Part shown: positions 56,578 through 64,000 of the stretch, one piece after another
How positions within the stretch are numbered: the stretch's first letter is position 1
Layout: each line of letters starts with the position of its first letter
Origin: Minisyncoccia bacterium
GTDB lineage: Bacteria > Patescibacteriota > Minisyncoccia > UBA6257 > 2-01-FULL-56-20
Assembly: GCA_050008535.1 (NCBI GenBank)
Contig: JBEKML010000001.1
Location: 130,246 to 194,245, forward strand
Length of the DNA: 64,000 bases
Reading direction: 5' to 3'
The notes under the pieces: model-generated
Told to the model about the DNA's origin: nothing
Databases searched by the model: none
Seen by the model: only the letters and a program-made list of their open reading frames with translations
Position numbers and translations under genes: made by a program

Positions 56578-57882
56578 ATGGCAGCAATAGACACCATAAA
56601 ACGTTCCCGCATCGCAAAACTTTTCTACCATTCCCCGCGCCTTGTTTCGGCCTATCACCGTTTTTGGGCGTGGTTCGGCGCGGTCACGAACGGGCATCCG
56701 AGCAAAAAAATATTCGTGATCGGCGTCACGGGCACAAAAGGGAAAACGACTACGCTGGAACTTTTGAATGCCATGCTTGAGGCGGCGGGACGCCGGACGG
56801 CGCTTCTCTCGTCGCTCCGCGTGAAGATCGGCGCGACAAGTGAAAAAAATAACCTTGGGAACACCATGCCCGGCCACGGTTACATCCAGAAATTCCTGAA
56901 GCGCGCCTTAGGGGCGCAATGCACGTACGCGCTTGTTGAGGTTGCCTCGCAGGGCATTGTTTCGCACCGCCACGAATTTATTGATTGGAAGGTCGGCGTA
57001 CTTACGAATCTTGCGCCGGAACACATTGAATCGCATGGCTCTTTCGAGAACTACCGAAAAGCAAAGTTGGATTTCCTGAAATACGTCCTCGCGCGCGGCG
57101 GCGCGGTGTTTTTGAATCGCGATGACCAGCACTTCCCATTTTTTAACAAAGTGCTTGAAAACCAAAAAACAGTTCCTTATTCAAAAGACGACAAGGGACT
57201 GAAAAATTATTTTTCAAAAATTGAATCGCCGCACTTCGCGAGACGCGGATCTGCGCCGAAGTTTGTCCTGACCGATTTTAACAGGGAGAATGCCGCCGCG
57301 GCAGCCACGGTTGCGAAAATTTTGGGCATTGATGAGACGGCCATCGAGCGCGCACTCGGCTCTTTTGAGGGCGTTCCGGGGAGAATGGAATTTATGACAA
57401 AAGGGCCGTATACCGCGATCGTTGATTATGCCCACACGCCGGATTCACTTGAGGCGGCCTACGTGGCGGCGCGGCCGAAGCCGAACGCGAACTATCCCAA
57501 TGCGCGCCTTATTTGCGTTTTGGGAGCTGCGGGAGGCGGACGTGACAAATGGAAGCGTCCGGAGTTCGGCAGGATCGCGGGGGCCTATTGCGACGAGATC
57601 ATTCTTACCACCGAAGATCCCTACGACGAAGACCCTGCGGAAATCATTCAGGAAATCAAAAGCGGGATTTTGTCCGAGGACGCGGAAGCGGTGGATCTCT
57701 ATGAGGTTCCGGACCGTCGCGAAGCGATAAAAAAAGCAGTTGCGCTCGCGCGGCCTGGGGACGTTGTGATCGGGACGGGCAAGGGAAGCGAGGATTGGAT
57801 TCATGTGGCAAGGGGGCAAAAAATTTCCTGGAGCGAAAGGCGGGCGTTTGAGGAAGCGCTTGAGGAAAAAGAGTATAATTAA
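56578..57882 (+). CDS. Mur ligase family protein (MurE-like UDP-N-acetylmuramoyl-tripeptide ligase lacking the N-terminal domain)
   Basis: ATP-binding GVTGTKGKTTT and the DYAHTPDSLEAAY motif. At 434 aa it is shorter than a canonical MurE. Confidence 0.6.
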   Translation: MAAIDTIKRSRIAKLFYHSPRLVSAYHRFWAWFGAVTNGHPSKKIFVIGVTGTKGKTTTLELLNAMLEAAGRRTALLSSLRVKIGATSEKNNLGNTMPGHGYIQKFLKRALGAQCTYALVEVASQGIVSHRHEFIDWKVGVLTNLAPEHIESHGSFENYRKAKLDFLKYVLARGGAVFLNRDDQHFPFFNKVLENQKTVPYSKDDKGLKNYFSKIESPHFARRGSAPKFVLTDFNRENAAAAATVAKILGIDETAIERALGSFEGVPGRMEFMTKGPYTAIVDYAHTPDSLEAAYVAARPKPNANYPNARLICVLGAAGGGRDKWKRPEFGRIAGAYCDEIILTTEDPYDEDPAEIIQEIKSGILSEDAEAVDLYEVPDRREAIKKAVALARPGDVVIGTGKGSEDWIHVARGQKISWSERRAFEEALEEKEYN

Positions 57883-57889
57883 ACCCAAC

Positions 57890-59236
57890 ATGAAACTGAC
57901 ATTTTACGGCGGCGTGGGCGAGGTGACCGGGGCGAACTATTTTTTGGAGTCCGGCGGGACGAATATTATGGTGGATTGCGGCCTGCACCAGGGGAGCCAC
58001 TATGCGGAGCGACAGAATTTCGAACCGTTCCCATACGATGCAAAAGAAATAAGCGCCGTGTTCATAACACATTCCCACCTTGACCACACTGGCCGTTTGC
58101 CGTCGCTTATCCGTGCGGGATTCAAGGGGACGATCTATTCCACCCCTGCGACGAAGGATTTTGCGGAATTCATGCTTCTGGATTCGGAACATCTTCTTGA
58201 AAAAGAAGCGGAGCGCGAAAGGCGGCCGGTGCTCTATACGACGGAGGATATCGTACAGGCGCGGCAGCACTGGCAAGGGCTTCAGTATCACAGTCCCGTC
58301 ACGGTGGGCCCTTTTACGGTTGAACTTTTTGATGCTGGGCATATTTTGGGCTCGGCGATCATAAAAGTGCAAGCGGAAGGAAAGACGATCGTCTTCTCCG
58401 GGGACCTTGGCAATTCTCCCGCGCCGATCATACAACCGACAGAAAAAATAGATAAGGCGGATTATTGCGTGATTGAATCAACCTACGGCGACCGCGTGCA
58501 TGAGGACGTGGACAAGCGCAGGGAACAACTGGAAGACGTGGTGGAGGATACAGTGAAAGCCGGCGGCACGCTCATGATCCCGACCTTTGCTATGGAGCGG
58601 ACGCAGGAATTGCTCTACCACCTACACCAGCTTTTCAAAGAGGGCCGCGTTCCCCGCGTGCCGGTCTTTATCGACAGTCCCTTGGCCATCAAGCTCACGG
58701 CGGTCTACAAAAAATACGAAAATTATTTTAATCCCGAAACGCAGCACATCGCGAAGTCCGGTGATGACATTTTAAACTTCCCCGGGCTTCGGCTCACGCT
58801 CACGACGGAGCAGTCAAAAGAGATCAATGGTGTCCCGCCGCCGAAGGTGGTGATCGCGGGCTCAGGCATGTCGAACGGCGGCCGCATTTTGCATCACGAG
58901 ATGCGCTACCTTCCCGATCCAAAGAGCACCATTCTTTTTATCGGTTATCAGGCAAATGGATCGCTCGGCAGGCAGATCTTGGACGGCGCGCAGGAAGTGC
59001 ACATTTTTGGCGAGAAAATTCCCGTGCGGTGCAAAAAGGTGAACATTCCGGGGTATTCCGCGCACGCCGACCAGCCGCTTCTTTTAGGATGGCTTTCTCC
59101 CATGCGCCAGTCGCTCAAAAAAGTATTCGTTGTGCAGGGCGAGGAACAGTCAAGCGACGCTTTAATGCACAAGATCGTGGATGACCTTGCGATCACGGCC
59201 GAGGTGCCGAAGCCGGGCGAAACGGTGGTATTATAA
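57890..59236 (+). CDS. beta-CASP family MBL-fold ribonuclease (RNase J / CPSF-like)
   Basis: HSHLDHTG metal motif, beta-CASP region and the C-terminal RNA-MBL motif. Confidence 0.75.
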   Translation: MKLTFYGGVGEVTGANYFLESGGTNIMVDCGLHQGSHYAERQNFEPFPYDAKEISAVFITHSHLDHTGRLPSLIRAGFKGTIYSTPATKDFAEFMLLDSEHLLEKEAERERRPVLYTTEDIVQARQHWQGLQYHSPVTVGPFTVELFDAGHILGSAIIKVQAEGKTIVFSGDLGNSPAPIIQPTEKIDKADYCVIESTYGDRVHEDVDKRREQLEDVVEDTVKAGGTLMIPTFAMERTQELLYHLHQLFKEGRVPRVPVFIDSPLAIKLTAVYKKYENYFNPETQHIAKSGDDILNFPGLRLTLTTEQSKEINGVPPPKVVIAGSGMSNGGRILHHEMRYLPDPKSTILFIGYQANGSLGRQILDGAQEVHIFGEKIPVRCKKVNIPGYSAHADQPLLLGWLSPMRQSLKKVFVVQGEEQSSDALMHKIVDDLAITAEVPKPGETVVL

Positions 59237-59240
59237 AGCT

Positions 59241-59837
59241 ATGGCGAACGATAAAAAATCCGATTCTCAAGAAGCCGCCTCGGCCTATTTGAAATATAAA
59301 ATTTGTATTTCCGGCTCCGCTGTGACCGACATAGCGACGCCGGGTACGCTGGAGAAGACCGAAGCGATGGGGCGCATGATCGCAGAGAAAGGAATGGTCC
59401 TTATCACAGGCGCCACGACCGGCATTCCTTATTGGGCGGCGAAGGGGGCAAAGGAAGCCGGCGGCATCGTGATCGGCCTCTCACCTGCCGCGTCAAAGAG
59501 CGCGCACATAAAGAGCTATCACCTGCCGACGGATTACCACGACCTTATTGTCTACACCGGCTTTGATTATTCCGGGCGAAACCTGCTCCTCACGCGCACT
59601 GCCGATGCCGTGATCACGATTTGCGGCCGCGTGGGCACTTTGAATGAATTTACGATCGCGTTTGAGGATAAAAAACCACAAGGGGTTCTTACGGGGACGG
59701 GCGGAGAGAGCGACGAGATCGAGCGGATATTGGACATTGCGCACCGCGGCACGGGGAAAGTGGTGTTTGATCCCGACCCAAAGTCGCTTCTGGATAAGGT
59801 TGTCGCAATGGTCAAGGCGGAGGAAAAAGAGTTGTAA
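59241..59837 (+). CDS. LOG/TIGR00725-family Rossmann-fold protein
   Basis: ICISGSA...GMVLITGATTGIPYWAAKGAKEAGGIVIGL pattern. Confidence 0.5.
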   Translation: MANDKKSDSQEAASAYLKYKICISGSAVTDIATPGTLEKTEAMGRMIAEKGMVLITGATTGIPYWAAKGAKEAGGIVIGLSPAASKSAHIKSYHLPTDYHDLIVYTGFDYSGRNLLLTRTADAVITICGRVGTLNEFTIAFEDKKPQGVLTGTGGESDEIERILDIAHRGTGKVVFDPDPKSLLDKVVAMVKAEEKEL

Positions 59838-59862
59838 AGGTCGCAAAGGAAAATACTAAACA

Positions 59863-60159
59863 ATGGCCAAAAAGGAAGCTACAAAAGCAGCGAAGGCTCC
59901 AAAAGAGAAAACCCCGACGCCGATCGGCGAGGTGACCCACTTTTACAATAAGATCGGCGTCGCGATCGTGAAGTTCAATAAGGCGGTTCCTGTGGGGACG
60001 AAGCTTGCGTTCAAGGGTGCCACGACGGATTTTGAAGAGACGGTGGACTCCATGCAATATGATCATAAGCCGATCGACTCCGCCCCAAAAGGCGAACAAG
60101 TGGGCATCAAGGTGAAAGAAAGCGTTCGTGAGGGGGATCTGGTGTACCCCGTGGAATGA
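59863..60159 (+). CDS. Small stand-alone EF-Tu domain-2-like beta-barrel protein
   Basis: IGEVTHFYNKIGVAIVKFNKAVPVGTKLAFKG...VGIKVKESVREGDLVY resembles translation-factor domain II. Confidence 0.45.
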   Translation: MAKKEATKAAKAPKEKTPTPIGEVTHFYNKIGVAIVKFNKAVPVGTKLAFKGATTDFEETVDSMQYDHKPIDSAPKGEQVGIKVKESVREGDLVYPVE

Positions 60160-61271
60160 GGCCGGCCTCGGGCGGGTTTTTTAAGGTCGCTGCAATCGTT
60201 GCTGCGGCGACGGTGGGGGACGGCGTCTTCGCGCTGCCATTCGTATTTTATAAAGCCGGCTGGCTCCTCGGCCTTTTTTATTTGATCGTGCTTGCCGGCT
60301 TCGTGAGTGCCGCACACGTGGTGTATCTAAAAACGCTTGAAAAAATCGGCGAGAAGGAACGGCTCTTGGGGCTCGCAGGGAAATATTTCGGCCGCAGCGG
60401 ATTTTGGGTTGGGTTTGTGGCGATCGTGCTGGGCCTAATCCTCACGCTCGTCGCCTATCTTATTTTGGGCACACAGTTCGTCCAACTTGCGGCTCCGTCG
60501 GTTTCCCCCAATGTTGCGTTTTTTGTCTTTTGGCTTTTCACCGCAGTTCCCATTTTCTTAAACGATCGTCGCGTGGTCAAACTTGAACTTGTGGGCATCG
60601 CCTGCACTTCGGCCATCATAGTTTTTATCTTTGCAAGCGCATGGCCCGCTGTGATATTCGCGGGCATCCCCCTGGTCAACGGGCAAAATTTTTTCCTGCC
60701 GTTCGGTGTCATCCTCTTTGCGCTCGCCGGCTGGACAAGCGTGGAGCCCGCATATGAATCGCGGAAGAAGTCTGGCGCGTCATCCGACCCGTGGCGCGCG
60801 CTTGCCGCGGGATCGTTCGTGGCGGCGCTCTTATATACCATGTTTATTGTGGGCATACTGGGGTCCACGCCCGCGGCCACGCCCGACACTGTCTCTGGCC
60901 TCACTTCCTGGCCTATTTGGAAAAAAGAGATCATCGCTATTTTCGGTCTGCTTGCGGTCGCGACCATTTATCTGCCGATTTCCCATGAGATAAAAAACGC
61001 GCTGGAAAAGGACCTTGGGTGGAACGGGTCCGTGTCGCGCTTCCTGATCTTATTCGTGCCGCTCGTTTTTATCGGCCTCGGCTTGCGCAGTTTTCTCACT
61101 GTGGCTGGCATTGTGGGCGGCGCGTTCATCGGTGCGCAATACCTCCTTATTGTCGCCGTCGGCCGCCGCGCACTTATGCTCTCTGCCGCGAAGAATTTTT
61201 TTCTCGATCTTATCGCGGTCGTCTTCGCCGCTGCCGCCGTTTACGAAGTGTGGACTTTCGTAGTACACTAG
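60156..61271 (+). CDS. Polytopic membrane transporter (amino-acid permease-like, ~11 TM)
   Basis: A 371-aa highly hydrophobic protein with topology resembling aromatic amino acid/APC-superfamily permeases. Confidence 0.45.
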   Translation: MRPASGGFFKVAAIVAAATVGDGVFALPFVFYKAGWLLGLFYLIVLAGFVSAAHVVYLKTLEKIGEKERLLGLAGKYFGRSGFWVGFVAIVLGLILTLVAYLILGTQFVQLAAPSVSPNVAFFVFWLFTAVPIFLNDRRVVKLELVGIACTSAIIVFIFASAWPAVIFAGIPLVNGQNFFLPFGVILFALAGWTSVEPAYESRKKSGASSDPWRALAAGSFVAALLYTMFIVGILGSTPAATPDTVSGLTSWPIWKKEIIAIFGLLAVATIYLPISHEIKNALEKDLGWNGSVSRFLILFVPLVFIGLGLRSFLTVAGIVGGAFIGAQYLLIVAVGRRALMLSAAKNFFLDLIAVVFAAAAVYEVWTFVVH

Positions 61272-61300
61272 CGACGTAGCGGCACCCCGGGCGCCGCATT

Positions 61301-61372
61301 GCCCTCGTAGTTCAACGGACAGAATATCTCCCTCCGAAGGAGCAGATTGAGGTTCAATTCCTCACGGGGGCA
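61301..61372 (+). tRNA. tRNA-Arg (anticodon CCG)
   Basis: Acceptor GCCCTCG/CGGGGGC (one G-U pair), D-stem GTTC/GAAT, anticodon stem with loop CTCCGAA, T-arm TGAGG-TTCAATT-CCTCA, discriminator A. Confidence 0.7.
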
Positions 61373-61380
61373 CGAGCAAG

Positions 61381-61435
61381 GCAAAAAGGGTTCGGGAAGA
61401 GTACTAAGAAGGGCTCTTCCCGAACCCTTTTTGCC
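61381..61435. terminator. 21-bp perfect inverted repeat (gcaaaaagggttcgggaagag / ctcttcccgaaccctttttgc), a probable bidirectional terminator
   Basis: Read directly. Mirrored six-frame peptides on both strands (EQGKKGSGR..LPEPFLPCS) are a by-product of the palindrome. Confidence 0.55.
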
Positions 61436-61481
61436 TTGCTCGTTAAAACTCACTCGCCATCAGAACATTCTTAAAACAACT

Positions 61482-62660
61482 TCACGCAATATCCTTCGCC
61501 ACTTTTGCGTCGCGGATGGCGTACATCCTGCGGGAGTAGATGGTCTTCATCGTCTTGTCGGTTGCGTAGCCGATGGCCGCGAGGATTAGGAAATAGAGCG
61601 CGCCGACCATCGTGAATGACGGCGGCTTTTGGGTGAACAGGCTGATGAGCGTGGCGCCGACGCCCATTGAGGTGATGATGGCGAGGTTCTTCACCGAACT
61701 CTCCGTGCTTTTTGCCTGGATGCTCCCGAAAAGATCCAGCGCCGACTGGACGTAATTCTTGGTCATGCCCCAGATGTCCTTGATGTATTCCAGCGTGTCG
61801 GCAAGCGTTTCGTGCTTGAATTCAAGCACGCCGAGAAATTTTTCGAGGTCGCGATTGTCTTTTATGATCGTCCCGCGCGTTTTGAGGTATGTTCCCATCT
61901 GGTTGATCCGCGCCTCGATAAGATTGATAGTCTTCGCGTAGCTTTCAATTTTTTCCTTGAAGGCGCCCACTTCCTTGCCGCGGATGCTACCCTTCTCTTT
62001 TACTTCCGCAATGCGTTCCCAAATGATCCGGTGGAGGTTCAGATACCGGTGCAGCTGCGCCTTGAATTCCCGGATAAAGATCTGCTCATTGATGAAACAC
62101 TCGACATTCTCCATGGATTCCGAGATGTTATTGATCACATAAAGCTTGTCCCCGCGGTAGATCTCAAATTCCTTCTTGCGGACGTCGAAATATTCTTTTT
62201 CGTTGAATGCTGCGAAAATTTCTTTTATGTCCTTCTGCGCCGCTTTTTTGAGGACGACGAAATAGGGATAGATCGTTTTTATGTTCGCGAGCTCTTTCGG
62301 GATCGGTGCGCCCAAACTGAAGATGTAGCTGATGCCGGGCGAGAGCTTCTCTTCGTAGTAAGAGGTAAGTGCTTTAATATCCTCCGAAAGCGTGTTTGTA
62401 TTTTCCTTGCTCAAAACCACAAGTCCGTCCTCGTAGATCTTTATCTCCACGCCCGTTTTGCTTTTGACGTCTATCCAATCAAGACGCGAAACCTCCATGC
62501 GGACCGTGGCGATATCCATCGCGTTTCGGAGCGCCTTCAGTTTTTCCTTATCGAGCTCGAGCGGCGACGCCGCGCTTTCCAAAAAATCGTAGATCTCCGA
62601 CAGGTGTAGCGTCGTCCTCTGGAACCATCCGCCGACGTAAATTTTTTGGGCTTTTGACAC
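61482..62660 (-). CDS. Hypothetical protein with coiled-coil body and two C-terminal TM helices
   Basis: A 392-aa Lys/Glu-rich protein with a C-terminal hydrophobic hairpin. No GMN-type or other motif recognised. Confidence 0.4.
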   Translation of the reverse strand: MSKAQKIYVGGWFQRTTLHLSEIYDFLESAASPLELDKEKLKALRNAMDIATVRMEVSRLDWIDVKSKTGVEIKIYEDGLVVLSKENTNTLSEDIKALTSYYEEKLSPGISYIFSLGAPIPKELANIKTIYPYFVVLKKAAQKDIKEIFAAFNEKEYFDVRKKEFEIYRGDKLYVINNISESMENVECFINEQIFIREFKAQLHRYLNLHRIIWERIAEVKEKGSIRGKEVGAFKEKIESYAKTINLIEARINQMGTYLKTRGTIIKDNRDLEKFLGVLEFKHETLADTLEYIKDIWGMTKNYVQSALDLFGSIQAKSTESSVKNLAIITSMGVGATLISLFTQKPPSFTMVGALYFLILAAIGYATDKTMKTIYSRRMYAIRDAKVAKDIA

Positions 62661-62811
62661 GTTTTATTAAGTATATCAATTCCATGCGTTCAACGCTAAA
62701 ATAATATGGCACATGCGTTCGTACCACCATTACTATCACGACAAAGTGTATCGGGTGTCGCGGGGCTTGCGGTGGTCCTCGGTGCAAGCTACGCATTTAT
62801 GAGAAAACAAA

Positions 62812-63435
62812 ATGGATAAAATGCCCCTGATCACCGCCCACCGCGGCGGGAAATTCTGGGAAGGCGATGATTTTTCATATATTTCCGAATCTATCCGTGA
62901 CGGTGCTGATATTATTGAGCTTGACGTGCGACTGTGCGATGGAAAATATATCGTGCAACACGCGCCATACGAAAAAGCACAGGGCTTTTTAGAAGACGCT
63001 TTTGCACGCACCGAAAATACGGCGCTGTATCTTGATATAAAAAGCCGCGATATAAAAATCAACGAGCTAATAGCGTATGTCCATTCCTTTTGCTCAAGCC
63101 ATATTATTGTCGGTTCATACCACCTGGATCTGTTGCGCAGCATTCAGGATCTTGCCGTAGAACGGAACTGCCATTGTGTTCTGCCGTGGACCGCCGTGCC
63201 GCGCGGGCGATCCGCCCACGCCGGATGGGTCAATCCATTGTGCTATTTCACCACCAAATCCCTCGCGCAAGAAATTCGGGATGCCGGATTTAAATTCGTC
63301 CCTAGTGGCAACCAGATTTTCAAAAAGCACGAGATAATGGAAAATCAATTACGCTATGCGCGATGGGGAGCATACGCCATCTCTACCCATCACGTGAAGG
63401 AAATGAAGGAGCTATTACAACAAATCAATGATTGA
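62812..63435 (+). CDS. Glycerophosphodiester phosphodiesterase-family (GDPD-like) protein
   Basis: ITAHRGG ... IIELDVRL catalytic signature near the N-terminus. Confidence 0.55.
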   Translation: MDKMPLITAHRGGKFWEGDDFSYISESIRDGADIIELDVRLCDGKYIVQHAPYEKAQGFLEDAFARTENTALYLDIKSRDIKINELIAYVHSFCSSHIIVGSYHLDLLRSIQDLAVERNCHCVLPWTAVPRGRSAHAGWVNPLCYFTTKSLAQEIRDAGFKFVPSGNQIFKKHEIMENQLRYARWGAYAISTHHVKEMKELLQQIND

Positions 63436-64000
63436 GGGAGTGTTGCAAAAACTGGCGCGGCTTATTTTTCTTCTGAAGATTCGGAGGGCCGAACACAAGA
63501 TCGGTTATAAATTGGTTTTTCATGATATTCCGCCTTGCTATATCAACGGATGGGTGAGTTGGGACATGACGGGGACGTTTAAAAGATTTGGGCTGGACAT
63601 TGAGGCTGGTGCCAACTATTGGACCATGGGGAAGATCGTTCGTGGCGATTCCTCCCGCTACGATCGGAACGCCACCGAATATGAATCCTGGCTCGGCGGA
63701 TATGTGGTAAGGCTCGCTGCCGGGCAAACCTGGACCGTAGAAGATCACTTTAAACTGGCGATTGCGGACCAAAACAGTTGGTTAAAAACATATGGCGATC
63801 CGAATCCAACGACGGACAGTTTGGGTCGGAGATTCACGACAGTAGAAACGATCCGCAGCGGTAACTATCCTGGAACTATTTATGAATGGGATTGCGCGAC
63901 GGACAGCGATGTGGGCAACCGCGACAATACATTACGGCTTCGCCTTGAGTCCATCGTGATGGCCGCCCTGTTCAACTTTTCCAATCCAAGCTTGCATTTA
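63428..64000 (+). CDS. Hypothetical protein, 3' end truncated by the window edge
   Basis: Open frame from the ATG at 63428 (overlapping the GDPD stop, ATGATTGA) to the end of the window, hand-translated as MIEGVLQKLARLIFLLKIRRAEHKIGYKLVFHDIPPCYINGW... Confidence 0.4.
   Translation, partial: MIEGVLQKLARLIFLLKIRRAEHKIGYKLVFHDIPPCYINGWVSWDMTGTFKRFGLDIEAGANYWTMGKIVRGDSSRYDRNATEYESWLGGYVVRLAAGQTWTVEDHFKLAIADQNSWLKTYGDPNPTTDSLGRRFTTVETIRSGNYPGTIYEWDCATDSDVGNRDNTLRLRLESIVMAALFNFSNPSLHL

Noticed and set aside
56578-57882. Assignment as MurT (lipid II isoglutaminyl synthase subunit) rather than MurE-like
   Set aside because: The size (434 aa) is MurT-like, but no gatD partner is adjacent and the DYAHTPDSLEAAY motif fits MurE or other Mur ligases equally well. 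It is left as a generic Mur ligase.
61268-61589. Mirror-image small ORFs on both strands encoding EQGKKGSGR…LPEPFLPCS
   Set aside because: This is an artefact of the 21-bp palindrome. The same sequence reads similarly on both strands.
62548-62796. 82-aa minus-strand ORF spanning the divergent promoter region
   Set aside because: It overlaps the start of the 392-aa gene and the intergenic promoter region, has Arg/Pro-rich composition and no RBS.

Overview
This 64-kb window looks like a bacterial chromosome segment that spans the replication origin. On one side lies a minus-strand rpmH/rnpA-yidC-(two inserted giant genes)-jag operon, and on the other dnaA-dnaN with DnaA boxes around dnaA. The rest is dense housekeeping content: ftsH, tyrS, clpP, H+-pyrophosphatase, nusA, comM, pcrA, rsmA, PBP1A, ruvC/yebC, pilB, ruvB, tsaE, a 5'-3' exonuclease, pyrG, holA, rpsT, ruvA, a Mur ligase, a beta-CASP RNase, four tRNAs, and fragments of at least two more genes at the window edges. 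The gene repertoire (short YidC, H+-PPase, type IV pilus ATPase, many secreted or membrane hypotheticals, little biosynthesis) is compatible with a small-genome Patescibacteria/CPR-like organism, but that is inference only.

Two regions stand out. (1) An 11.5-kb plus-strand cluster at 20489-32043 encodes a minimal type IV secretion/conjugation-like apparatus: a VirB6/TrbL-like polytopic protein, a PrgI/VirB3-like protein, a VirB4 ATPase split into two ORFs at an A-run, a VirB2/TrbC-like pilin candidate and several secreted or membrane hypotheticals. No relaxase, VirD4 coupling protein or VirB11 is present in the window. (2) Two giant paralogous secreted proteins (879 and 845 aa) sit between yidC and jag inside the otherwise universally conserved origin-proximal operon. 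They share four near-identical ~200-nt internal repeats.

Smaller observations include: rpmH nested out of frame inside the rnpA ORF; consensus promoters ending a few nucleotides before start codons, implying leaderless mRNAs; a tRNA with a UAU anticodon; a UbiA prenyltransferase fused to an extra membrane domain; and a repeat-dense operator-like intergenic region upstream of a DksA/TraR-family gene.
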